Shown here one piece after another: positions 13,091 to 26,400 of a stretch of DNA of 64,000 nt. The first letter of the stretch is position 1. Each line of letters opens with the position of its first letter. The notes under the pieces are model-generated. The model worked only from the letters and a program-made list of their open reading frames with translations. It was not told the origin of the DNA and did not search any database. The position numbers and the translations under genes are program-made. The stretch is from Camelus ferus. Taxonomy: Eukaryota. The DNA is taken from NCBI RefSeq assembly GCF_009834535.1, contig NC_045697.1, forward strand, positions 119,352,001 through 119,416,000, in the 5' to 3' direction.

Positions 13091-16000
13091 AGCTCCAACT
13101 CGTTTTTACAGTGAAAACTGCAGGAACTTCAAACCGGCACTAGGAAACAGACTGAGAAACCAGAGTAAATGTTTCTCCTGCAACAAGTTCCATTTGTGCT
13201 AGATGAACGAACGTCTCTCCACATGCTCAGTTCTGAGACATAATTGTGTGTGAATGCCTTCCTTCACATAGCTTGTTGGGAACACAAAGTTTCTTTTCAG
13301 TTGCAAAATCCACTCCATACAACTATATCGGGATTTACTAGCTCCAACACTTTATACTGTGAAAACTGCAGGAAATTCAAATCGGCACTAAGTAACAGAC
13401 TGAGAACCCAGAGTATATGTTTCTCTTGCATCCCATTCCATTTTTGCTAGATGAACGAACGTCTATCCACATGCTCAGTTCTGAGAGACAAGTGTGTGTG
13501 AAAGCCGTCCTTCACCTAGCTTGTTGGGAAGTCAAAGTTTCTTTTCAGGTGCAAATTCCACTTCATATATATATAAGGGTAGGAACAATTTACATCTCGG
13601 TTTTACAGTGAAAACTGCAGGAACTTCAAACCGGCACTAGTAAACAGACTGTGAAACCAGAGTAAAAGTTTCTCCTGCAACACGTAACATTGTGCTAGAT
13701 GAAAGAACGTATCTCCACATGCTCTGTTCTGAGAGATTTGTGTGTGTGAAAGCCTTACTTCACCTAACTTGTTGGGAAGACAAAGTTTCTTTTCAGTTGT
13801 AATCTCCACTCCATACATATATAAGGGTAGGTACAAGTTCCAAATCGGTTTTACAGTGAAAACTGCAGGAACTTCAAACGGCACTAGTAAACAGACTGTG
13901 AAACCAGAGTAAAAATTTCTCCTGCAACACGTTCCATTGTGCTAGATGTAAGAACGTATCTCCACATGCTCTGTTCTGAGAGATAAGTGTGTGTGAAAGC
14001 CGTCCTTCACCTAGCTTGTTGGGAACACAAAGATTCATTTCAGTTGCAAACTCCACTCTATACCTATATATGGGGAGGTACTAGATCCAAATCGGGTTTA
14101 CAGTGAAAACTGTAGAAACTTCAAAACGGCACCAGGAAACAAAAGTTAAACCAGAGTAAAAGTTTCTCCTGCAACCAGTCCATTTGTGCTAGATGAACGA
14201 AAGTCTATCCACATGCTCAGTTCTGAGAGATAAGTGTGTGTGAAAGCCGTCCTTCACCTAGCTTGTTGGGAAGACAAAGATTATTTTCAGTTGCAGTCGC
14301 CATTCCATACATATATATGGGGAGGTACTAGCTTCAACTCTGTTTTACAGTGAAAACTGCAGGAACTTCAAACCGGCACTAGGAAACAGACTGAGAAACA
14401 AGAGTAATAGTGTCTCCTGCAACACGTTCCATTGTGCTAGATGAAAGAACGTGTCTCCACGTGCTCAGTTCTGAGAGATAAGTGTGTGTGAAAGCCGTCG
14501 TTCATCTAGCTTGTTGGGAAGACAAAGTTTCTTTTAAGTTGCAAACACCACTTCATTCATATAAAAGGGGAGGTAATTGCTCCAACACGGTTTTACAGTC
14601 AAAACTGCAGGAAATTCAAACGGGCACTAGGAAACAGACTGAGAACCCAGAATAAATGTTTCACTTGCAACCCATTCCCTTTGTGCTAGATGAAAGAACG
14701 TCACTCCACATGCTAGTTTCTGAGAGATAATTGCGTTTGAAAGCCGTCCTTCACATAGCTTGTTGGGAACACAAAGTTTCTTTTCAGGTGTAAATTCCAC
14801 TCCATACAAATATATGGGTTTTACTAGCTCCAACTCTGTTTTACAGTGAAAACTGCAGGAACTTCAAAACGGCACTAGGAAAACATCAGATAAACCAGAG
14901 TAAATGTTTCTCCTGCAACCCGTTCCATTTGTGCTAGATGAACGAATGTCTCTCCATATGCTCAGTTCTGAGAGATAAGTGTTTGTGAAAGCCGTACTTC
15001 ACCTAGCTTTTTGGGAACACTAAGTTTCTTTTCAGGTGTAAACCCCACTCAATAGATATATATGGGAAGGTACTAGCTCCAACTCGGTTTTACAATGAAA
15101 AATGCAGGAACTTCATACCGGCACTAGGAAATATACTGAGAAACCAGAGTAAAATTTTCTCCTGCAACACGTTCCCTTTGTGCTAGATGAATGAAATTCT
15201 CTCCACATGCTCAGTACTGAGGGATATGTGTGTGTGAAAGCCGCCTTCACCTGGCTTGTTGGGAACACAAAGATACTTTTAAGTTGAAAACTCCACTCCA
15301 TACATATATATTGGGAGGTACTATCTCCAACTCGGTTTTACAGTGGAAACTGCAGGAACTTCATGCCGGTAGTAGGAAACAGACTTAGAAACCAGAGTAA
15401 AGTTTCCCCTGCTACCCGTTCCCTTGGTGCTAGATGAACGAACGTCTCCCCACATGCTCAGTTCTGAGAGTTATGTGTGTGTGAAAACCGTCCTTCACCT
15501 AGATTTTGGGAACACAAAGTTTCTTTTCATTTGCCAAATCCACTTCAGACATATATATGGGGAGGTACTAGCTCCAACTAAGTTTTACAGTGAAAACTGC
15601 AGGAACTTCTAACCGGCACTAGGAAACAGACTGAGAAACCAGAGTAAAAGTTTCTCTTGCAACACGTTCCATTGTCCTAGATGAATTAACGTCTCTCCAC
15701 ATGCTCAGTTCTGATAGATAAATGAGAGTGAAAGCCGTCCTACACATAGCATGTTGGGAAGACAAAGATTCTCTCAGTTTCAAACTCCACTACATACATA
15801 TAAAAGGGGTGGTCCTAGCTCCAACTCGGTTTTACCATGAAAACTGCAGGAACTTCAAACCGGCACTAGGAAACAGCCTGGGAAATCAGAGTAAAAATTT
15901 CTCCTGCAACCAGTTCACTTGGTGCTATATGAACGAACGTCTCTCCACAAGCTCAGTTCTGTGAGATATGTGTGTTTGAAAGCCGCCCTTCAATTTGCTT

Positions 16001-17480
16001 TTTGGGTAACAAAGTTTCTTCTCAGTTGCCAACACCCCTCCATAGATATATATGGGGAGGTACTAGCTCCAACACGGTTTTACAGTGAAAATTGCAGGAA
16101 CTTCAAACAGGCACTAGGAAACAGACTGAGAAACCTTAGTAAAAGTTTCTCCTGCAACACGTTCCATTTTGCTAGATGAAAGAACGTCACTCCACATGCT
16201 AGGTTCTGAGAGATAATTGCGTGTGAAAGCATTCCTTCATCTAGCTTGTTGGGAACACAAAGTTTCTTTTCAGTTGCAAACTACAATCCATACATATATA
16301 TGGTGAGATACTAGCTCCAACTCGTTTTTACAGTGAAAACTACAGGAACCTCAAACCGGAACTTGGAAACAGACTGAGAAACCAGAGTAAATGTTTCTCC
16401 TGCAACAAGTTCAATTTGTGCTAGATGAACGAACGTCTCTCCACATGCTCAGTTCTGAGACATAATTGTGTGTGAATGCCTTCCTTCACATAGCTTGTTG
16501 GGAACACAGAGTTTCTTTTCAGTTGCAAACTCCACTCCATAAAAATATATCGGGATTTACTAGCTCCAAAGCTGTTTTACTGTGAAAACTGCAGGAACTT
16601 CAAACCGGCACTAAGAAACAGACTGAGAACCCAGAGTATATGTTTCTCTTGCAACCCATTCCCTTTTTGCTAGATGAACGAACGTCTCTCCACATGCTCA
16701 GTTCTGAGAGACAAGTGTGTGTGAAAGCCGTCCTTCACCCAGCTTGTTGGGAATACAAAGTTTCTTTTCAGGTGCAAATTCCACTCCATATATATATAAG
16801 GGTAGGAACAATTTCCATCTCGGTTTTACAGTGACAACTGCAGGAACTTCAAAGCGGCACTAGTAAACAGACTGTGAAACCAGAGTAAAAGTTTTTCCTG
16901 CAACACGTACCATTGTGCTAGATGAAAGAACGTATCTCCACATGCTCTGTTCTGAGAGATATGTGTGTGTGAAAGCCTTCCTTCACCTAACTTGTTGGGA
17001 AGCAAAGTTTCTTTTCAGTTGAAATCTCCAATCCATATATATATAAGGGTAGGTACAAGTTCCAAATCGGTTTTACAGTGAAAACTGCAGGAACTTCAAA
17101 CGGCACTAGTAAACAGACTGTGAAACCAGAGTAAAAGTTTCTCCTGCAACCCGTTCCCTTTGTGCTAGATGAAAGAAAGTCATTCCACATGCTAGGTTCT
17201 GAGAGATAATTTTGATTGGAAGCCGTCCTTCACCTTGCTTGTTGGGAACACAAAGTTTCTTTTCAGTTGCAAACACCAATCCATACATATTTATGGTGAG
17301 ATACTAGCTCCAACTCGGTTTTACAGTGAAAACTGCTGGAACTTCTTACCGGCACTAGGAAATAGACTGAGAAACCAGAGTAAAAGTTTCACATGCAAAA
17401 CTTTATTTGTGCTAGATGAACGAACGTCTCTCCACATGCTCAGTTCTGAGAGATAAGTGTGTGTGAAAGCCGTCCTTCAC
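13090..17480 (+). repeat. Satellite domain 2: diverged 13/14-mer block related to the adjacent 25-mer HOR
   Basis: ORF-track paralogs 13417/16640 (offset 3223 = 13 monomers), 15113/18585 (3472) and 15424/18897 (3473 = 14 monomers). The copies are similar but clearly not identical. Confidence 0.8.
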
Positions 17481-20400
17481 CTAGCTTGTTGGGAACACAA
17501 AGATTCAATTCAGTTGCAAACTCCAATCTATACCTATATAGGGGGAGGTACTAGCTCCAAATCAGGTTTACAGTGAAAACTGTAGAAACTTCAAAACGGC
17601 ACTAGGAAACAAAAAGATAAACCAGAGTAAAAGTTTTTCCTGCAACCCGTCCATTTGTGCTAGATGAACGAAAGTCTCTCCACATGCTCAGTTCTGAGAG
17701 ATAAGTGTGTCTGAAAGCCGTCCTTCACCTAGCTTGTTGGGAAGACAAGGATTATTTTCAGTTGCAGTCACCACTCCATACATATATATGGGGAGGTACT
17801 AGCTTCAACTCTGTTTTACAGTGAAAACTGCAGGAACTTCAAACCGGCACTAGGAAACAGACTGAGAAACAAGAGTAATAGTGTCTCCTGCAACACGTTC
17901 CATTGTGCTAGATGAAAGAACGTGTCTCCACGTTCTCAGTTCTGAGAGATAATTGTGTGTGAAAGCCGTCCTTCAGCTAGCTTGTTGGGAAGACAAAGTT
18001 TCTTTTAAGTTGCCAACTCCACTTCATTCATATAAAAGGGGAGGTAATTGCTCCAACATGGTTTTACAGTCAAAACTGCAGGAACTTCAAACGGGCTCTA
18101 GGAAACAGACTGAGAACCCAGAATAAATGTTTCTCCTGCAACCCTTTCCATTTGTGCCAAATGAAAGAACGTCACTCCACATGGTAGTTTCTGAGAGATA
18201 ATTGCGTTTGAAAGCCGTCCTTCAACTAGGTTGTTGGGAACACAAAGTTTATTTTCAGGTGCAAACTCCACTCCATACAAATATATGGGGATTTACTAGC
18301 TCAAACTCTGTTTTACAGTGAAAACTGCAGGAACTTCAAAACGGCACTAGGAAAACATCAGATAAACCAGAGTAAAAGTTTCTCCTGCAACCCGTTCCAT
18401 TTGTGCTAGATGAACGAAAGTCTCTCCATATGCTCAGTTCTGAGAGATAAGTGTTTGTGAAAGCCGTACTTCACCTAGCTTTTTTGGAACACTAAGTTTC
18501 TTTTCAGGTGCAAACCCCACTCCATACATATATATGGGGAGGTACTAGCTCCAACACTGTTTTACAATGAAAAATGCATGAACTTCATACCGGCACTAGG
18601 AAATATACTGAGAAACCAGAGTAAAATTTTCTCCTGCAACACGTTCCCTTTGTGCTAGATGAACGAAATTCTCTCCACATGCTCAGTACTGAGGGATATG
18701 TGTGTGTGAAAGCCGCCTTCACCTGGCTTGTTGGGAACACAAAGATACTATTAAGTTGCAAACTCCACTCCATACATATATATGAGGAGGTACTATCTCC
18801 AACTCGGTTTTACAGTGGAAACTGCAGGAACTTCATACCGGTAGTAGGAAACAGACTTAGGAACCAGAGTAAAAGTTTCCCCTGCTACCCGTTCCCTTGG
18901 TGCTAGATAAACGAAAGTCTCTCCACATGCTCAGCTCTGAGAGTTATGTGTGTGTGAAAACCGTCCTTCACCTAGATTTTGGGAACACAAAGTTTCTTTT
19001 CATTTGCCAAATCCACTTCAGACATATATATGGGGAGGTACTAGCTCCAACTAAGTTTTACAGTGAAAACTGCAGGAACTTCTAACCGGCACTAGGAAAC
19101 AGACTGAGAAACCAGAGTAAAAGTTTCTCCTGCAACACGTTCCATTGTGCTAGATGAATTAACGTCTCTCCACATGCTCAGTTCTGATAGATAAATGAGA
19201 GTGAAAGCCATCCTTCACATAGCATGTTGGGAAGACAAAGATTCTGTCAGTTTCAAACTCCACTACATACATATATAAGGGGTGGTCCTAGCTCCAACTC
19301 GGTTTTACCATGAAAACTGCAGGAACTTCAAACCGGCACTAGGAAACAGCCTGGGAAATCAGAGTAAAAATTTCTCCTGCAACAAGTTCATTGGTGCTAC
19401 ATGAACGAACGTGTCTCCACAAGCTCAGTTCTGTGAGATATGTGTGTTTGAAAGCCGTCCTTCACTTTGCTTTTTGGGAACACAAACTTTCTTCTCAGTT
19501 GCCAACTCCACTCCATACATATATATGGGGAGGTACAAGCTCCAACACGGTTTTACAGTGAAATCTACAGGAACTTCCAACCGGCACTAGGAAACAGACT
19601 GAGAAACCTTAGGAAAAGTTTCCCCTGCAACACGTTTCCTTGCTGTTCGATGAATGAACTTCTCTCCACATGCTCAGTTTTGAGAGATAACTGTGTGTGA
19701 AAGCCGTCCTTCAAGTAGCTTGTTGGGAACACATAGTCCTTTTCAGGTGACAACTCAACTCCAAAAATATATATGGGTAGGTTCTAGCTCCAACTCGGTT
19801 TTACAGTGAAAACTGCAGGAAATTCAAACCAGCACTAGGATACAGACTGAAAAACCAGAGTAAAAATTCCCCTGCAAACTGTTCCCTTTGTGCTAGATGA
19901 ACGAAAGTCTCTCGACATGCTTATATTGAAGGATAAGTGTGTGTGAAAGCCGTACTTCAACTAGCTTGTTGGGAACACAAATATTCTTTTCAGTTGCCAT
20001 CACCAATCCATAAATATATTTGGGGAGGTACAAGCTCCAACATGGTTTTACAGTTTAAACTGCAGGAATTCAAACCAGCAGTAGGAAACAGACTGAGTTA
20101 ACAGAGTAAAATTTCTCCTGCAACACGTTCCATTGTGCTAGATGAATTAAGGTCTCTCCACATGCTCAGTTCTGATAGATAAAGGAGAGTGAAAGCCTTC
20201 CTTCACCTAGCATGTTGGGAAGACAAAGTTTCTTTTCAGTTGCAAACTCCACTCCATACATATATAATGTGTGGTCCTAGCTCCAACACGTTTTTACAGT
20301 GAAAACTATAGGAACTTCAAACCGGAACTAGGAAACAGACTGAGAAATCAGAATAAAAGTTTTTCCTGCAAACCGTTCAATTTGTGCTAGATGAACGAAC

Positions 20401-23400
20401 GTCTCTCCACATGCTCAGTTCTAGAGATAAGTGGGGGTGAATGCCTTCCTTCATCTAGCTTGTTGGGAACACAGAGTTTCTTTTCTGATGCATATACCAC
20501 TCCATATATATATATGGGGAGGTACTAGCTACAACTCCATTTTACAGTGAAAACTGCAGGAACTTCAAACCGACACTAGGAAACAGAGTGAGAATCCACA
20601 ATAGAAGTTTCTCCTGCAACCAGTTCATATTGTGCTAGATGAACGAACGTCTCTCCACGTGCTCAGTTCTGAGAGACAATTGTTTGTGAAAGCCGTCCTT
20701 CACCTAGCTTGTTGGGAATACAAAGTTTCTTTTAAGGTGCAAATTCCAATCCATACATATATAAGGGTAGGAACAATTTCCATCTCGGTTTTACAGTGAA
20801 AACTGCAGGAACTTCAAACCGGCACTAGTAAACAGACTGTGAAACCAGAGTAAAAGTTTCTCCTGCAACACGTTCCATTGTGCTAGATGAAAGATCGTAT
20901 CACCACATGCTCTGTTCTGAGAGATAAGTGTGTGTGAAAGCCTTCCTTCACCTAACGTGTTGGGAAGACAAAGTTCTTTTCAGTTGTAATCTCCATTCCA
21001 TACATATATAAGGGTAGGTTCAAGTTCCAACTAGGTTTTACAGTGAAAACTGCAGGAACTTCAAACGGCACTAGTAAACAGGCTGTGAAACCAGAGTAAA
21101 AGTTTCTCCTGCAACACGTTCCTTTGTGCTACATGTAAGAACGTATCTCCAAATGCTCTGTTCTGAGAGATAAGTGTGTGTGAAAGCAGTCCTTCACCTA
21201 GCTAGTTGGGAACACAAAGTTTCTTTTCAGGTGCAAACTCCACTCCATACAAATATATGGGGATTTACTAGCTCCAAATCTGTTTTACTGTGAAAACTGC
21301 AGGAAATTCAAACCTGCACTAGGAAACAGTTGAGAACCCACAGAAAATTTTTCTCTTGCAACCAATTCCCATTGTCCTAGATGATCGAAAGTCTCTCCAC
21401 ATGCTCAGTTCTGAGAGACAAGTGTGTTTGAAAGCCGTCCTTCACAAAGCTTGTTCGGAATACAAACATTCATTTCAGTTGCAAACTCCACTCCATACCT
21501 ACATATGGGGAGGTACTTGCTCCAACTCGGTTTTACAGTGAAAACTGTAGAAATTTCAAAACGGCACTAGGAAACAAAAAGATAAATCAGAGTAAAAGTT
21601 TCTCTTGCAACCCGTCTATTTGTGCTAGATGAACGAACGTCTCTCCACATGCTCAGGTCTGAGAGATAAGTGTGTGTGAAAGCCGTCCTTCACCCAGCTT
21701 GTTGGGAAGACAAAATTTATTTTCAGGTGCAATCGCCACTCCATACATATATATGGGGAGGTACTAACTGCAACTCAGTTTTACAGTGAAAACTGCAGGA
21801 ACTTCAAACCGGCACTAGGAAACAGACTGAGAAACAAGAGTATTAGTGTCTCCTGCAACACTTTCCATTGGGCTAGATGAAAGAACGTGTCTCAACGTGC
21901 TCATTTCTGAGAGATAAGTGTGTTGAAAGCCGTCCTTCAACTAGCTTGTTGGGAAGACAAAGTTTCTTTCAAGTTGCAAACTCCACTTCATTCATAAAAA
22001 AGGGGAGGTTATTGCTCCAACACGGTTTTACTGTCAATCTGCAGGAACTTCAAACGGGCACTAGGAAACAGACTGAGAACCCAGAATAAAAGTTTATCTG
22101 CAACCCATTCCCTTTGTGCTAGATGAAAGAACGTCACTCCACATGCTAGTTTCTGAGAGATAATTGCGTGTGAAAGCCGTCCTTCACCTAGCTTGTTGGG
22201 AACACAAAGTTTCTTTTCAGGTGCAATCTCCACTCCATAAAAATATATGGGGATTTACTAGCTCCAAATCTGTTTTACTGTGAAAACTGCAGGAACTTCA
22301 AACCGGCACTAGGAAACAGACTTCACACCCAGAGTAAATGTTTCTCTTGCAACCCATTCCCTTTGTGCTAGATGAACTAACATCTTTCCACATGCTCAGT
22401 TCGGAGAGACAAGTGTGTTTGAAAGCCGTCCTTCACAAAGCTAGTTGGGAATACAAAGATTTATTTCAGTTCCAAACTCCACTCCATACATATATATGGG
22501 GAGGTACTATCTACAACTCTGTTTTACAGTGAAAACTGCAGGAACTTCAAAACGGCACTAGGAAACAGTCAAAAATACCAGAGTAAAAGTTTCTCCTGCA
22601 ACCCGTTCCATTTGTGCTAGATGAACGAAAGTCTCTACTTATGCTCAGTTCTGAGGGATAAGTGTGTGTGAAAGCCGTAATTCACCTAGCTTTTTGGGAA
22701 CACTAAGTTTCTTTTCAGGTGCAAACCCCAGTCCATACATATATATGGGGAGGTACTCGATCCAAAACGGTTTTACCATGAAAAATGCAGGAACTTCAAA
22801 CCGGCACTAGGAAATATACTGAAAAACCAGAGTAAAATTTTCTCTTGCAACACGTTCCTTTTGTGCTAGATGAACGAAAATCTCTCCACATGCTCAGTAC
22901 TGAGGGAAAAGTGTGTGTGAAAGCCGCCCTTCACCTGGCTTGTTGGGAACACAAAGATTCTTTTCAGTTGCAAACTCCAATCCATACATATATATGGGGT
23001 GGTAATATCTCCAACACGATTTTACAGAGAAAACTGCAGGAATTTCAAACAGGTAGTAGGAAACAGACTTAGAAACTAGAGAAAAGTTTCCCCTGCTACC
23101 CGTTCCCTTGGTGCTAGATGAACTATCGTCTCTCCACATGCTCACTTCTGAGAGATAAGTGTGTGTTAAAACCGTCCTTCACCTAGATTTTGGGAACACA
23201 AAGTTTCTTTTCATTTGCCAAATCCACTCCAGACATATATATGTGGAGGTACTAGCTCCAACTAAGTTTTACAGTGAAAACTGCAGGAACTTCAAACCGG
23301 CACTAGGAAACAGACTGAGAAACCAGAGTAAAAGTTTCCCCTGCAACCCGTTCCCTTGCTACTAGATGAATGAACGTCTCTCCACATGCTCAGTTTTGAG

Positions 23401-26400
23401 AGATAAGTGTGTGTGAAAGCCGAACTTCAACTAGCTTGGTGGAACACCAAATTCTGTTAAGTGACAACTCCACTCCATACATATATATGGGTATATTCTA
23501 GCTCCAACTCGGTTTTACAGTGAAAACTGCAAGAACTTCTTACCGGCACTAGGAAACAGACTGAGAAAACCGAGTAAAAGTTTCTCCTGCAAACCGTTTC
23601 ATTTCTGCTAGAGAAAAGAAAGTCTCTCCACATGCTCAGTTCTGAGAGAAAAGTGTGTGTGAAAGCTGTCCTTCACCTAGGTTGTTGGGAACACAAAGAT
23701 TCAATTCAGTTGCAAACTCCAATCTATACCTATATAGGGGGACGTACTAGCTCCAAATCAGGTTTACAGTGAAAACTGTAGAAACTTCAAACCGGCACTA
23801 GGAAACAAAAAGATAAACCAGAGTAAAAGTTTTTCCTGCAACCCGTCCATTTGTGCTAGATGAACGAAAGTCTCTCCACATGCTCAGTTCTGAGAGATAA
23901 GTGTGTCTGAAAGCCGTCCTTCACCTAGCTTGTTGGGAAGACAAGGATTATTTTCAGTTGCAGTCACCACTCCATACATATATATGGGGAGGTACTAGCT
24001 TCAACTCTGTTTTACAGTGAAAACTGCAGGAACTTCAAACCGGCACTAGGAAACAGACTGAGAAACAAGAGTAATAGTGTCTCCTGCAACACGTTCCATT
24101 GTGCTAGATGAAAGAACGTGTCTCTACGTGCTCAGTTCTGAGAGATAATTGTGTGTGAAAGCCGTCCTTCAGCTAGCTTGTTGGGAAGACAAAGTTTCTT
24201 TTAAGTTGCCAACTCCACTTCATTCATATAAAAGGGGAGGTAATTGCTCCAACATGGTTTTACAGTCAAAACTGCAGGAAATTCAAACGGGCACTAGGAA
24301 ACAGACTGAGAACCCAGAATAAATGTTTCTCCTGCAACCCTTTCCATTTGTGCCAAATGAAAGAACGTCACTCCACATGGTAGTTTCTGAGAGATAATTG
24401 CGTTTGAAAGCCGTCCTTCAACTAGGTTGTTGGGAACACAAAGTTTATTTTCAGGTGCAAACTCCACTCCATACAAATATATGGGGATTTACTAGCTCAA
24501 ACTCTGTTTTACAGTGAAAACTGCAGGAACTTCAAAACGGCACTAGGAAAACATCAGATAAACCAGAGTAAAAGTTTCTCCTGCAACCCGTTCCATTTGT
24601 GCTAGATGAACGAAAGTCTCTCCATATGCTCAGTTCTGAGAGATAAGTGTTTGTGAAAGCCGTACTTCACCTAGCTTTTTTGGAACACTAAGTTTCTTTT
24701 CAGGTGCAAACCCCACTCCATACATATATATGGGGAGGTACTAGCTCCAACACTGTTTTACAATGAAAAATGCATGAACTTCATACCGGCACTAGGAAAT
24801 ATACTGAGAAACCAGAGTAAAATTTTCTCCTGCAACACGTTCCCTTTGTGCTAGATGAACGAAATTCTCTCCACATGCTCAGTACTGAGGGATATGTGTG
24901 TGTGAAAGCCGCCTTCACCTGGCTTGTTGGGAACACAAAGATACTATTAAGTTGCAAACTCCACTCCATACATATATATGAGGAGGTACTATCTCCAACT
25001 CGGTTTTACAGTGGAAACTGCAGGAACTTCATACCGGTAGTAGGAAACAGACTTAGGAACCAGAGTAAAAGTTTCCCCTGCTACCCGTTCCCTTGGTGCT
25101 AGATAAACGAAAGTCTCTCCACATGCTCAGCTCTGAGAGTTATGTGTGTGTGAAAACCGTCCTTCACCTAGATTTTGGGAACACAAAGTTTCTTTTCATT
25201 TGCCAAATCCACTTCAGACATATATATGGGGAGGTACTAGCTCCAACTAAGTTTTACAGTGAAAACTGCAGGAACTTCTAACCGGCACTAGGAAACAGAC
25301 TGAGAAACCAGAGTAAAAGTTTCTCCTGCAACACGTTCCATTGTGCTAGATGAATTAACGTCTCTCCACATGCTCAGTTCTGATAGATAAATGAGAGTGA
25401 AAGCCATCCTTCACATAGCATGTTGGGAAGACAAAGATTCTGTCAGTTTCAAACTCCACTACATACATATATAAGGGGTGGTCCTAGCTCCAACTCGGTT
25501 TTACCATGAAAACTGCAGGAACTTCAAACCGGCACTAGGAAACAGCCTGGGAAATCAGAGTAAAAATTTCTCCTGCAACAAGTTCATTGGTGCTACATGA
25601 ACGAACGTGTCTCCACAAGCTCAGTTCTGTGAGATATGTGTGTTTGAAAGCCGTCCTTCACTTTGCTTTTTGGGAACACAAACTTTCTTCTCAGTTGCCA
25701 ACTCCACTCCATACATATATATGGGGAGGTACAAGCTCCAACACGGTTTTACAGTGAAATATACAGGAACTTCCAACCGGCACTAGGAAACAGACTGAGA
25801 AACCTTAGGAAAAGTTTCCCCTGCAACACGTTTCCTTGCTGTTAGATGAATGAACGTCTCTCCACATGCTCAGTTTTGAGAGATAACTGTGTGTGAAAGC
25901 CGTCCTTCTAGTAGCTTGTTGGGAACACATAGTTCTTTTCAGGTGACAACTCAACTCCAAAAATATATATGGGTAGGTTCTAGCTCCAACTCGGTTTTAC
26001 AGTGAAAACTGCAGGAAATTCAAACCAGCACTAGGATACAGACTGAAAAACCAGAGTAAAAATTCCCCTGCAAACTGTTCCCTTTGTGCTAGATGAACGA
26101 AAGTCTCTCGACATGCTTATATTGAAGGATAAGTGTGTGTGAAAGCCGTACTTCAACTAGCTTGTTGGGAACACAAATATTCTTTTCAGTTGCCATCACC
26201 AATCCATAAATATATTTGGGGAGGTACAAGCTCCAACATGGTTTTACAGTTAAAACTGCAGGAATTCAAACCAGCAGTAGGAAACAGACTGAGTTAACAG
26301 AGTAAAATTTCTCCTGCAACACGTTCCATTGTGCTAGATGAATTAAGGTCTCTCCACATGCTCAGTTCTGATAGATAAAGGAGAGTGAAAGCCTTCCTTC

